From assembly GCA_016235455.1 (NCBI GenBank), contig JACRKZ010000018.1:1-64000 (forward strand): a stretch of 64,000 bases of DNA, in the 5' to 3' direction. Origin of the DNA: Armatimonadota bacterium (GTDB lineage Bacteria; Armatimonadota; UBA10988). Made by a program: the position numbers and the translations under genes. The notes under the pieces are model-generated. The model was given only the letters and a program-made list of their open reading frames with translations, made no database searches and was not told the origin of the DNA. Below are positions 28,414 to 38,049 of this stretch, piece by piece (within the stretch, counting starts at the first letter, position 1; every line of letters starts with the position of its first letter).

Positions 28414-29288
28414 GCGTCGGCAGCCGCCACGCCCTCCGACAGCAGTTCGATGTGCTCCCGCCACATCAGGTGCAGCCGCCCAGCCAGCCCATGCTCGATG
28501 GCCAACCGCCGGGCCAACGCCTTGGCGTCGGCACGCTGGTAGCGGCCAGAGACGTGAGTCAACACCAGATCTCGCACACTCGCCTGGGCAGCCACAGCCA
28601 CGGCCTCGGCCATCGTGGCATGCACCAGCGGCCCACGGTCCGCCTCGTCCAGGAACGTTGCCTCCAGCCAGGCCACATCGGCACCAGCCACCATGGCCGG
28701 ATCGGGCGCCAGGCCATCGCCGCCAAATACCGCCAGGGGATGGTCGTAGCCCTCGCTGATTGCCTCGCGCCCGCGCGCCGCCGCCAGGTCGCGGATAGCC
28801 GAGCCGCTAAGGCCATGGAACTCGCCGCGGAGCCGCGTGCGATGCTCGATGAGCCGGTAACCAAGGGTGAGGAAGGCCGCATGGCGAGTGGCGAACGCCT
28901 CGAGGCTGCGCTGGTCATCCAGCGGCACGCGCTCGCCCGGCTCCATCGCCCGCCACGACACCTTGTCTTCCATGGCCGGCTGGCTGGCCGCCAGGTACGA
29001 GCGCATCGGCGCGAGCAGCGGGTCGCCGGCCGGGTACACGATGGTGAGCGGCGCGTCGACATCGCCCATACCGGCGTGGCGCGCGTTGAGCAGCGACGGC
29101 AAACCCGAGATATGGTCGAGATGCCCGTGGGTCAGCGCGACCGTGCGCAGGCCGAACACGCGGTTGCGTAGCGCGGTGGCGCAGCCCTCGCCGCAATCGA
29201 CCATGAAATGGAACGGCCGACACACCAGCCAGGAACTGTACAGTGCCAGCGAGTGGCCCTCGTAACTATCGGTCAACGGACTGCGCAT
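28410..29288 (-). CDS. rnz: Ribonuclease Z-like MBL-fold nuclease
   Basis: DCGEG, THGHLDHISG, EATF, HAT, LTHVSGRY motifs. Confidence 0.8.
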   Translation of the reverse strand: MRSPLTDSYEGHSLALYSSWLVCRPFHFMVDCGEGCATALRNRVFGLRTVALTHGHLDHISGLPSLLNARHAGMGDVDAPLTIVYPAGDPLLAPMRSYLAASQPAMEDKVSWRAMEPGERVPLDDQRSLEAFATRHAAFLTLGYRLIEHRTRLRGEFHGLSGSAIRDLAAARGREAISEGYDHPLAVFGGDGLAPDPAMVAGADVAWLEATFLDEADRGPLVHATMAEAVAVAAQASVRDLVLTHVSGRYQRADAKALARRLAIEHGLAGRLHLMWREHIELLSEGVAAADA

Positions 29289-29357
29289 AGCCGCCCCAAA
29301 CGCAAGACGCGGCACCCGCCTCCCTGGGCCGATGCCGCGTCCTGGACACCACGACGA

Positions 29358-31346
29358 TCAGAACGGTAGCTGTGTGACGCTCCGTTGGATCATGGCGATG
29401 GCCACGCAGGCCATGCCGATCAGACCCATGCCGCAGGAGAAGCCCGCCATGAGCACCGTCGCGTAAAGTTTCCACTGCCGAGCGCCGAAGCGCGGGATGA
29501 GGTAGAACTGCGCCGCACCGGCGCCGATGATTTCCGGCAAGATGCTCATGGGCAGGTAGCCCAGACCCCGGATGAAGCCGAAGATCGCCGTGATGGGCAA
29601 GCGGAACAGCGAGAACAGCCAGTAGGCGACGACCGCGCTGCCGAACGCTGTACCGATGATGCTCGGTTTCAGGGCCTTCAGCAGGTAGCTGTTGCCTTCC
29701 GCCGTGGCGGTGTACCACAGCGACTGGTTCAGCGCCTGCAGCTGCCAGAACTTCTGCGCGTAGGGATACTGCACGCTCGGGATCTCCGCGATCTTCCACA
29801 GGAACTGCCAGTAGAAGAAGCTGGCAAACAGGATGATCGGGAACATGCAGAGCTCGGCCTTGATGATCGAGGTGAACTTGGTACCCGTCAACTCGACCAC
29901 GCGGAACTGCTCTGCGAGGCCGGCGTAGTTGTTCAATGGGATCGGCGCGAACCAGATGTCGACACCCTTGTACCCGGACAGGATGAACGCCGCCTCGCGC
30001 TCGAACGGGATGCCGATGTACTGACCGGCGATACCACGCACCCGGGCCGAGACGTAGCTCTGCATCGGGGTCCAGATGAACCCGAAGAACACGAAGTAGG
30101 CCCACGGGAAGTTCGGGATCAGGATGCGGCACAAGATGATGTAGAAGGTCGCTGCGAAGGCCCACAGGCCCAGCGCCACGGCAATCGGGATGTCTCCGCG
30201 CCCAGGCGGCGGCGGCGGCATCCACACCGTGCTCTTGACCGACGATGTCGACCGGCGCGCGCGGCTCTCGCGAACCGCGTCGATGCCGATGTCCACGAAG
30301 CTGACCAGGGCGACGGCCAGGGCGATGCCCAGGCCCCAGGACAGATAGAAGTCGACACTGTTGGCGAAGTTGGTCTGGATGGCGTCCATACCGTAGCGCC
30401 ACGTGGTCAACATGCCCGCCTTGTAGAGCGTCGGGTTGAGCACGAAGGTGCCGGCCGCGGCCGCGAACGAGCCGACCACCGCCCAGAACGGGATGACCGT
30501 ACCCACGATGACCGAGCCCAGGTTGAGCGTGATGCCCGTGGCCGTTGCCGGCAGGAAGGCCTCGGTCTTCTGGGTCAGGTCAAGGAACGGGATCGGGATG
30601 AGCTGGATCGGTTTGGAGAGGAACACGCCCGATACCGCGGGAATGCCGACATAGACCACGCCGAAGGCCACGCCGACCATGGCGCCGACACTGAACAGCT
30701 TCCAGCGCCAGGTCTCGGACTTGCTGGTGATTTCGGCCAGCGCCGTCACGCCCTGCGCCGCGATCGGCGCCATCGGGAACGGCAGGTTCTCCTTGTCCGA
30801 GGTGACGCGGAACAGCGTGTAGCCGAACCCGTACCACGACAGGCGCTCGACGAAACTCGTGCTGACGGCCAGCAGGATGGGCACCAGCCAGTCCCGATGC
30901 AGGAACGTGCGCTGGATAAGCGCCATGCTGTCCTCGGGCGGGACCACCCAACGAGGGATCTGCCCGGAGATGCCAAAGCCCTTGGCCGCCTGCGAATAGG
31001 CAAAGTACTGGTTGTAGATCATCCAGCCAAAGTAGCCGCCGGCGATGGACAGCGAGCCATTGGCCCGCACCAAGTGGCTCGCGACGTAGTAGAGAATGTA
31101 GATCTCTTGCCGCGAGAGCTTGGTGAACGACCGCCTGGCCAACTCGGCGAACAGGATGATCGTCGTCCATTCGGCCGCCGAACCCAGGTCCGCGCCCATG
31201 ACCAAGCCCAAGTAGATGGAGCCCGGCAGGATGCAGAAGGCCAGGAACAGCATACCGATGATCGTCTTGATGTCGAAGCCGTCCTCGAACTCGGTCGGCC
31301 TCTCCATCAAGTCGCGGTAGATCTGGAGTTCAGGGTCGAGTCTCAC
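29358..31346 (-). CDS. OPT-family-like polytopic membrane transporter
   Basis: 662 aa with many TM helices; YLGLVMG, LPFPMAPIAAQG; no ATPase domain. Confidence 0.75.
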   Translation of the reverse strand: MRLDPELQIYRDLMERPTEFEDGFDIKTIIGMLFLAFCILPGSIYLGLVMGADLGSAAEWTTIILFAELARRSFTKLSRQEIYILYYVASHLVRANGSLSIAGGYFGWMIYNQYFAYSQAAKGFGISGQIPRWVVPPEDSMALIQRTFLHRDWLVPILLAVSTSFVERLSWYGFGYTLFRVTSDKENLPFPMAPIAAQGVTALAEITSKSETWRWKLFSVGAMVGVAFGVVYVGIPAVSGVFLSKPIQLIPIPFLDLTQKTEAFLPATATGITLNLGSVIVGTVIPFWAVVGSFAAAAGTFVLNPTLYKAGMLTTWRYGMDAIQTNFANSVDFYLSWGLGIALAVALVSFVDIGIDAVRESRARRSTSSVKSTVWMPPPPPGRGDIPIAVALGLWAFAATFYIILCRILIPNFPWAYFVFFGFIWTPMQSYVSARVRGIAGQYIGIPFEREAAFILSGYKGVDIWFAPIPLNNYAGLAEQFRVVELTGTKFTSIIKAELCMFPIILFASFFYWQFLWKIAEIPSVQYPYAQKFWQLQALNQSLWYTATAEGNSYLLKALKPSIIGTAFGSAVVAYWLFSLFRLPITAIFGFIRGLGYLPMSILPEIIGAGAAQFYLIPRFGARQWKLYATVLMAGFSCGMGLIGMACVAIAMIQRSVTQLPF

Positions 31347-31391
31347 CCTTGCCTACTCCTCGCCGTAAGTCGGACCTTGGCCCGACGCCGG

Positions 31392-34300
31392 TCACACTTG
31401 GTCATCGCCAGCAGCCTTCTCGGCGTCGTCCGCCTCGGCCTTGGTGGCCTCCGAGGCCTCCAAGGCTTCCTGCGCTGCCGTCCGAATCTGGCTCATCAGC
31501 TTGCGCCGCTCTTCCACGCGCTCTTCCTCGTCGAGCAGGTACAGTTCCTTCTCCTCGGCGGGGATCGTGCGCCAGATGAGGAACTGCTTGCGCAGCGTGT
31601 TCAGGAAGCGGCGGTTGACGCGCATCCAACTGCTTACGTCGCCGCTCTCGCGCACCAGCACGATATCGATCTCGTAGACGTCCTTCATGTCAGTGAGCCG
31701 CGTCCGCAGCGTGACATGCTGGCTCACACCCAGGTCGAATGGTGCCAACCAGGCCATGAGCGAGACCTCGTAGCCCTCGCCGTAGACGCCCTGCACCGCG
31801 TTGAGCCGCGTGCTCTCGGTGACGAAGTCGCCGATCGAGTACTCCTCGTAGGCATTGAACCACTCGGCCAGGAACTTGTTCATCGCCACGGCCTGCTTGC
31901 CCGTGACCGAGAACGGCAGCGGAATGGTCCACTCGTCGCCATCGGGATCCGGCACGCGCCACCGCCGCTCCACGCCCGGCGTGGCCACCTCACCAGCCTT
32001 CTTGGCCGGATACAGCGTGGACAGGAAGACCACACCGATGACCACGAAGGTCGACCAGATGGCGGCCAGCGATGAGTAGTTCAACGACAGGCCCTGCAGG
32101 AGGTTGAACTGGCCTAAGAGGAAGGACAGCACCTGCCCCATCAGGTACCCCAGGATGGCGCCGATGATCGAGTAGACCAGCGCCTCCGCGAGGAACAGGA
32201 TGGCCACGTGCGACGGCGCGAGGCCAATCGACGAGAAGATGCCGATCTCGGAGAACCGTTCGTAGACCGCTCCAAGCATGGTGTTGAGCACGATGAGCGC
32301 GGCGATGGCGATGGGCACCAGCAGGTCCGCCAGACCCGACACCGAGGTCGAGGACACCGAGCTGTAGCGCACAATCTCGTCGCCGCGACCCGCGTAGAGG
32401 TTAAAGCCCAGGCGCGGCATCAGCTCCGCCAGGCGCTTCTTCACACTCTCCACGTTGCTGAAGTCGGTCGTGATGGAGCGCAGCGAGCCACCCATGTTGA
32501 TCAGTGTGTCGAACGGCACGAAGACTGTGGCGTCCGGCGTCAGGTGCAGGTACTCCTGGAAGCCCTGCTCGCCCTCACCGCTGCCACCGCCGCCGCCGGC
32601 GCCCTGCTGGCCCTGCATCTGCTGCATCATGATGAAGTCGACCGGCGTGATCATCTCGCCGTCGAGGTCGTCGATCTGCTTCAGGCGCGCGTTGTCGAAG
32701 ATGCCCACCAACTGGAACTCAACGCCGTTGATGCGGATCTTGGTGGTGCCAATGTCCTTCTCATCGAGGTTGAACGCATCAGCGATGCCTTCGGGCAGCA
32801 CGCACGAGTAGACGTCCGCCTTGGTGAACCAGCGCCCATGCTTGAGTGCCTTGTCGATCTGCGTGACCTTGGACTCCTCGGGGGTCAAACCACACAGCGC
32901 CTTGGCGTCGTAGCCGGCGTTCGACTTGTTGGACGTGATGGACACGAAGCTCTGCTCGCCCAGCTCGGAGGTGTAGAACCACGAGCGGCCGGCGACAGCG
33001 TGGTCCTGGCCAAACTCGTCCTTGAGCAGCGTGTAGCCCTGCTCCTCGAGCGGTCGCCAGGTGGCGCTGCGGACCATGATGCCCTGGTAGCCCGGCTTGC
33101 CGGGCGCCCTGACAGTGTTGAACCGCAACTGCTGCACCACGGAGGTGAACGACAGCACGGTGAAGGTCAGCAGCACCAGCGTGGAGCAGGTCAGCGCGGT
33201 GCGCAGCGGGCGACGCCGCATGTTGCTGATGCCCAGGTTGAAGGCCGCGGTAGTCACGCCCAGCCGGCCGATGTCGGCGCTATGCGTGCCGCCCATCTGC
33301 CGCTGGAGTTCCTTGAGTTGCTCCTCGAACTTGCCCGCAATGATGAAGATCACCAACAGGCTCAGCGCGAGCATGATGAAGGCCAGCAGGATGATCACCG
33401 GGTTCATGGTGATCTTGAAGGCCGGATGGACCCGGCTGAAGACGAGGAACACGAACGCGAAGATGAGCACCATCTCGCGGATCTGCCGGTTGATCTGCGG
33501 CCGCGCAAAGAGCAGACGCTCGGCGAAGAAGGCGAACGGCAGGAGCAGCGCCAGGTAGAAGATGACACCCTTGACCACATCGTCGGCGGTCTTCTGCACG
33601 TCCGGATAGGCGCGCGCCTCAAAGCCGTGCGCGGCGCGCGCCGAGGCCTCGAAGTCCTGGAAACGCCGCTCCGCGAGCGCGGTGCGGGCCACCTTCAGTC
33701 GGTCGGCGGCCTGCTTGTGCAGGTCGTCGATCTGCTGGTTGACGATGCGGAAGCGCCGCAACTGGCTGATGCGGAACTCGTCGAGATTCCACATGTCCGT
33801 CGCGGTCATGTATGGCGTGTAGTAGACGGCGCGCGAGATGCGATCCTCGGTGGTACCGATCTTGTCCTTGGGCAGGAACACGCCCGTGCCCGCGCCGAGC
33901 ACTTCGTAGCCGAAGCCCTCGGCCGCGTCGCGGTCGTTGGCCACCTTGGGGAAGCGGTCGGGCTGGTTGGGCACCTGGCCCTTCTTGGCGTAGCTGTTGA
34001 TCAGGATGAACCGCTTGCTGGCCAGGCCAGAACCCATCACCACTTTGAAGCGGCTGCCCGGCCGGGAGAACACGACGGCGGTCGTCTCCACGTGCGACTG
34101 ACCTGGTTCAGGTTTGACCAGGCAGAATCCGTACTGCTGCGGCTCGCTGTCGGTGCGCCCGTCGTAGACGCTGAGCGTCTTGAGCGCCTCCATGGTCTGG
34201 GGGTCGACGAGTTCGAACAGCGCGGTGGAGACACACTGGAAGACCACCACGGTAGCGTCGCGCCGCGCGATGTCGACGGTCACCTCGGTTGGGTAGGCAG

Positions 34301-36116
34301 CCGCGCCGTTGGTGCCTTTGTCGGGGGCATAGCGGATCTGACCGCTCTGCGGGTCAAGCGCATAGGCCTCGAGCAGGCCGATCTTCTCGCCGCCGGCCGA
34401 TGCGGGCTTGACGCCGACGAACTTGAACAGCGACTCGCTGCCCTCGACCATCTCCACCATGTTGCCGCGCACACCCATATAGGACTTGGACGGTGTGCGC
34501 AGCACGGCCAGCGCGTTGGGCACGGCCTTGTCCGGAATGAAGCTCTCGCGCGGGTCGAACAGCGCCACGCGGCCGCCAATGGTGGCGAAGCCGCCCTGGC
34601 CGTGGATGCGCTGCAGATCGCTGCGGTCGGGCACCGGCACCTGCTCCTCGTTGAGCACGATGTCGTACATGCACTTGAGGAAGCGCGCCTGTTTGAAGAC
34701 GTTGTCGAAGTCGACGCGGTCCACGGTGTCGAAGGGCGTGTCGACCAGCGGCCGCGAGTCGTCGATGGTGCAGAAGGCGACGCCGAGGCCGTTGGCGCTG
34801 GTGAACAGCTCACTGCCGAAGGCCACCTTACCTGGGATGAAGTTGGCCCAGGTCTTGCCCTGCACGGGGTTGATGCCGTCGGCGAACGACTCGTCGGGGT
34901 TCTCGCCGAGCGCCTCGGCCACGTTCTGCGCGCGTTCGCGGCAGACCCGGCCCAGATCGGCGAAGCGCTGGCGCACATCGTCGCGCTGGTCGAAGAAGTG
35001 ACCCTTGTAGAACAGGCCGACGCCCTTGGTCTTCGAGGCGATATCCAGACTCGAGTACAAGGAGATCGGATCGCTACCGTCGGAGATGGACTGGAAGTGC
35101 TGGTCCAGATACTGTCTGGTACCCGCCAGCGCCTGGAAGTGGCCGGCGGTGAGCAGCAGCCTCACGCTCCGCGCGGGCGGCCGGGCCACGAATTCGCGCG
35201 CCAGTTCCAACAGCACCGCGGCGCCGAGCGCCGACTCCGCGCCGGGCGCCAGGCTGGGCACCACGGAGATGGAGTCGTAGAAGGCCTCGATGACCACCGT
35301 CTGCCCGGCGAGCTGGGGGCTCGAGCCGGGGATGTTGGCCACGATGTTGCGCACCGGCCGGCGCATCCACGGCATCTCGGAGCGCAGCCGCACGCGCAGG
35401 CCAGGCTGGTGCTCCAAGCGGGTCTGCAGCAGGTCGGCATCACGCCGGGCAATGTAGAAGCGCGGCATGTCGATGGGGATGGACGAGAACTTGGCCTCGA
35501 CCTCACCACGAATGGTGTCGGCCGGCTCGACGAAGATGATGGCCTGCGCGCCCAGTCGTGGTGCGTTGAGCCAATCGCTGCCGCAGTTGAACTCGATCAG
35601 CGCGATGCCGTTCTCGATGGCCGTGCCGTCGTAGTCGCGCAGCTTGCTCATGCCGCCGTAGACCAACTGCGAGGTCAGTCCGGTAGGCGGCAACTGGCTG
35701 GTGCGCACCAGGTTGGGCCACATCGAGTGCAACGGCAAGGGCTTGCCCACGGGCCGGCCTTGCGCGTCCAGCACGTCCAGGCTGGCGCCGGCGTCGACCG
35801 GCACGGTGACCGAGAAGTCCTCGTAGCGGACGTCCTGCACACCGATCTGCTCAAGCTGCTCGCGCAGATAGATGGCGGCCTGGTCACAGCCGGGGTAGCC
35901 GCTGACCCGCGAGCCAAGCTTGACCAGCTCCTCGACGTAGCCGCGCAGGCGCTGCTCATCGAGCCCGCCGGCCAGGCGCGTGAAACGTGCACGGTCGCCC
36001 GCGGTCACCGCGGCAACCTGCGCGCTCGCCTGCTCGGCGTGCGACAGCGCAACGAGGATTGCACACAACCCGACCAGCACCACCCGGTAGCGGGGCCAAC
36101 GGAGCGTCACCGTCAT
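31392..36116 (-). CDS. Giant M28-peptidase-like / MacB-FtsX permease fusion membrane protein (1574 aa)
   Basis: Signal peptide; LGSRVSGYPG, VIEAFYDS..APGAES (M28-like); NMRRRPLRTALT; LNTMLGAVYERFSEIGIFSSIGLAP (FtsX). Confidence 0.82.
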   Translation of the reverse strand: MTVTLRWPRYRVVLVGLCAILVALSHAEQASAQVAAVTAGDRARFTRLAGGLDEQRLRGYVEELVKLGSRVSGYPGCDQAAIYLREQLEQIGVQDVRYEDFSVTVPVDAGASLDVLDAQGRPVGKPLPLHSMWPNLVRTSQLPPTGLTSQLVYGGMSKLRDYDGTAIENGIALIEFNCGSDWLNAPRLGAQAIIFVEPADTIRGEVEAKFSSIPIDMPRFYIARRDADLLQTRLEHQPGLRVRLRSEMPWMRRPVRNIVANIPGSSPQLAGQTVVIEAFYDSISVVPSLAPGAESALGAAVLLELAREFVARPPARSVRLLLTAGHFQALAGTRQYLDQHFQSISDGSDPISLYSSLDIASKTKGVGLFYKGHFFDQRDDVRQRFADLGRVCRERAQNVAEALGENPDESFADGINPVQGKTWANFIPGKVAFGSELFTSANGLGVAFCTIDDSRPLVDTPFDTVDRVDFDNVFKQARFLKCMYDIVLNEEQVPVPDRSDLQRIHGQGGFATIGGRVALFDPRESFIPDKAVPNALAVLRTPSKSYMGVRGNMVEMVEGSESLFKFVGVKPASAGGEKIGLLEAYALDPQSGQIRYAPDKGTNGAAAYPTEVTVDIARRDATVVVFQCVSTALFELVDPQTMEALKTLSVYDGRTDSEPQQYGFCLVKPEPGQSHVETTAVVFSRPGSRFKVVMGSGLASKRFILINSYAKKGQVPNQPDRFPKVANDRDAAEGFGYEVLGAGTGVFLPKDKIGTTEDRISRAVYYTPYMTATDMWNLDEFRISQLRRFRIVNQQIDDLHKQAADRLKVARTALAERRFQDFEASARAAHGFEARAYPDVQKTADDVVKGVIFYLALLLPFAFFAERLLFARPQINRQIREMVLIFAFVFLVFSRVHPAFKITMNPVIILLAFIMLALSLLVIFIIAGKFEEQLKELQRQMGGTHSADIGRLGVTTAAFNLGISNMRRRPLRTALTCSTLVLLTFTVLSFTSVVQQLRFNTVRAPGKPGYQGIMVRSATWRPLEEQGYTLLKDEFGQDHAVAGRSWFYTSELGEQSFVSITSNKSNAGYDAKALCGLTPEESKVTQIDKALKHGRWFTKADVYSCVLPEGIADAFNLDEKDIGTTKIRINGVEFQLVGIFDNARLKQIDDLDGEMITPVDFIMMQQMQGQQGAGGGGGSGEGEQGFQEYLHLTPDATVFVPFDTLINMGGSLRSITTDFSNVESVKKRLAELMPRLGFNLYAGRGDEIVRYSSVSSTSVSGLADLLVPIAIAALIVLNTMLGAVYERFSEIGIFSSIGLAPSHVAILFLAEALVYSIIGAILGYLMGQVLSFLLGQFNLLQGLSLNYSSLAAIWSTFVVIGVVFLSTLYPAKKAGEVATPGVERRWRVPDPDGDEWTIPLPFSVTGKQAVAMNKFLAEWFNAYEEYSIGDFVTESTRLNAVQGVYGEGYEVSLMAWLAPFDLGVSQHVTLRTRLTDMKDVYEIDIVLVRESGDVSSWMRVNRRFLNTLRKQFLIWRTIPAEEKELYLLDEEERVEERRKLMSQIRTAAQEALEASEATKAEADDAEKAAGDDQV

Positions 36117-36196
36117 GGGGCCATTTCCCTGTTCACAGAGCAAGCTGGAGCCACGCAAGGGTGGCCGCCGAGGAAGGGGCTCTGACGAACGGCGCG

Positions 36197-36225
36197 ACTG
36201 TAGCAGAAATCAAACGCCGCGTCAA
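36197..36225 (-). promoter_or_regulatory. Sigma70-type promoter of the M28-FtsX/OPT/rnz run
   Basis: TTGACG-17 nt-TACAGT with extended TG. Confidence 0.6.
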
Positions 36226-36763
36226 CCACGCTCCAAACCTCCTCGGGCCCGCTTGTCAGGCGGGATTGGCACCCCGCGGGCCATGGCTTTGGGCTCGCGT
36301 CGTTCACCATATTCACCGGTTTGCCCAGGACTCCTTCTGGCGCTTGGGAACCATGGTCGAGTCGCCGCGCGTTTGGGGGTCGCGCCACGGAGTCGTCGGC
36401 ATGGCAGACCCAGGGGAGCACGCCGTAGTCGAGGCCAACGGCCTCGGCGGCGGCTCCGCTGTTTGCTTCGGTCTCTGGATGGGGCGGCCCTTGTGGGCGG
36501 CGGCCGAGGCCACGGGTGCCTGGTTGCGTGGCGGCGCCACAAGGCACAGGCGGCGTTGCTGGGCGGGCTGGTGCCTTTGCCGTCCGCCTGGGGGCTGTCG
36601 CCGTGGCTCGCCGCGGTCAGTCGAAGCGACTGCGTACCGCCCGCGGCATGCGCGCTGGCGCAGGTCGTTGGCGATCTTGGCTGGACACCGCGCAGTCCCG
36701 ATGATGTACACTTAGGATCGGTCGGCAGTGGAGCCCGCCGCCGGCCTGTCTGGGGTGAACGCC

Positions 36764-38035
36764 ATGACTTACCAAGAGCTCTACGATGCCGGTTTGGCCG
36801 CGCTACGCGCGCAGCGCGCGGCGGAAGCCGTTGCGCCGTTGACCGAATGCACGCAATTGGCCCCCGAGCAGCCCGACGCCTGGTTGTTCCTCGGCGTGGC
36901 GCACGGCATGTTGGACAGCGTCGACGAGGCACGCGCCGCACTGGAGCACGCCGGTGAGCTGGCGCCCAACGATGCGCGCGTGCTCTACAACCTGGGCCGG
37001 CTGGCGCAGCGCTCAGGCGACTTCGATGCGGCACGCGATCAGCTGCGGCGCTGTCTGGCACTCGACCCGTCCAACCAGCGGGCCCGCGAGGCGCTGGCCA
37101 GCGTGGAGCCGGCCAACCTGGGCGAGCCGGCCCAGCCCGACCAAGTCATCCGGCCGACGCGGCCCGAGGGGTTGGGCCCGCTGGCTGGCTGGGTGGAGAT
37201 GCCGGCCCTCGATGGCCGCGCGGTGCTGCGCATGATGCCCGTGCTGGCCGTCGCGGTCGGCGTCGTCTCCGCCATCGACTCGTTCGCCGCCGCGGCCGCG
37301 GGCGGCTTCCGCGTGACCAGCCTCCAGCTGGCGCTGGGCACCGCGGCGTTCGTCGTGCTGCTGCAACCGATCTTGGCGGGCCTCCTGGGCGCCGCGTGCG
37401 CCAAGACCTATACGTTCTTCGCCCAACGTTTCACCGCGCCGCGGATGAGGCTGGAGCAGGTCGCCGGCAAGCAGCGCCTGGTCGAGATCGACCCGATGAG
37501 CGCCGGCCGCGCCATGCTCTGGTGGTCGGTGCCGTCGCTGATCCTGATGTGCCTCGTGATGGTGGCCATGGTCCCGTACTTCGCGTCGGCGGCCTCCACG
37601 GCCTCCCGTGCGGCCGTGACCACGACGGGTGTACTGCTGGGTGCCGTGATCGGCGTTGTCTTCGCCCTGCCCATCTCGGCCATCATCCTCTATGTCCTGG
37701 GCCTGATTGGCGGGCTCATCTACAACCTGGTGGCCACCTACACCGGTGGCATCGAGGCTGCTTTCACGCCGCGCGGCGCCGAGATCGAGGCGACCGACGT
37801 GTCCTGGCAGCCCACGGCCAGCACCCTGTTCTGGTGCAATGTCCCACTGATGGGCCTGATGCTGGCCGCGATGGCCATGACGGCAGCCATGCCGGCCACC
37901 GGCTCCGCCGGGGCGGCGGGTCATCTGGCCAACTGCGTGACCCTGGCGCTGTCGCCGTTCGTGCGGGTCGCGGCTTACCGCAAGGCCCAGCCGTCGATCG
38001 GCGGCTTCCGCTTCATCGTCCGTCCGCTCGACTGA
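36764..38035 (+). CDS. TPR protein with repeated DUF3566-like membrane modules
   Basis: N-terminal TPRs (AWLFLGVA, VLYNLGRL); EIDPMSAG...LIYNLVATYTGGIE. Confidence 0.7.
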   Translation: MTYQELYDAGLAALRAQRAAEAVAPLTECTQLAPEQPDAWLFLGVAHGMLDSVDEARAALEHAGELAPNDARVLYNLGRLAQRSGDFDAARDQLRRCLALDPSNQRAREALASVEPANLGEPAQPDQVIRPTRPEGLGPLAGWVEMPALDGRAVLRMMPVLAVAVGVVSAIDSFAAAAAGGFRVTSLQLALGTAAFVVLLQPILAGLLGAACAKTYTFFAQRFTAPRMRLEQVAGKQRLVEIDPMSAGRAMLWWSVPSLILMCLVMVAMVPYFASAASTASRAAVTTTGVLLGAVIGVVFALPISAIILYVLGLIGGLIYNLVATYTGGIEAAFTPRGAEIEATDVSWQPTASTLFWCNVPLMGLMLAAMAMTAAMPATGSAGAAGHLANCVTLALSPFVRVAAYRKAQPSIGGFRFIVRPLD

Positions 38036-38049
38036 CCCGAGGAGTCTCC

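Noticed and set aside
29385-36185. Very long + strand ORFs (896 and 1325 aa)
   Set aside because: Antisense shadows of the minus-strand genes in high-GC DNA; no motifs
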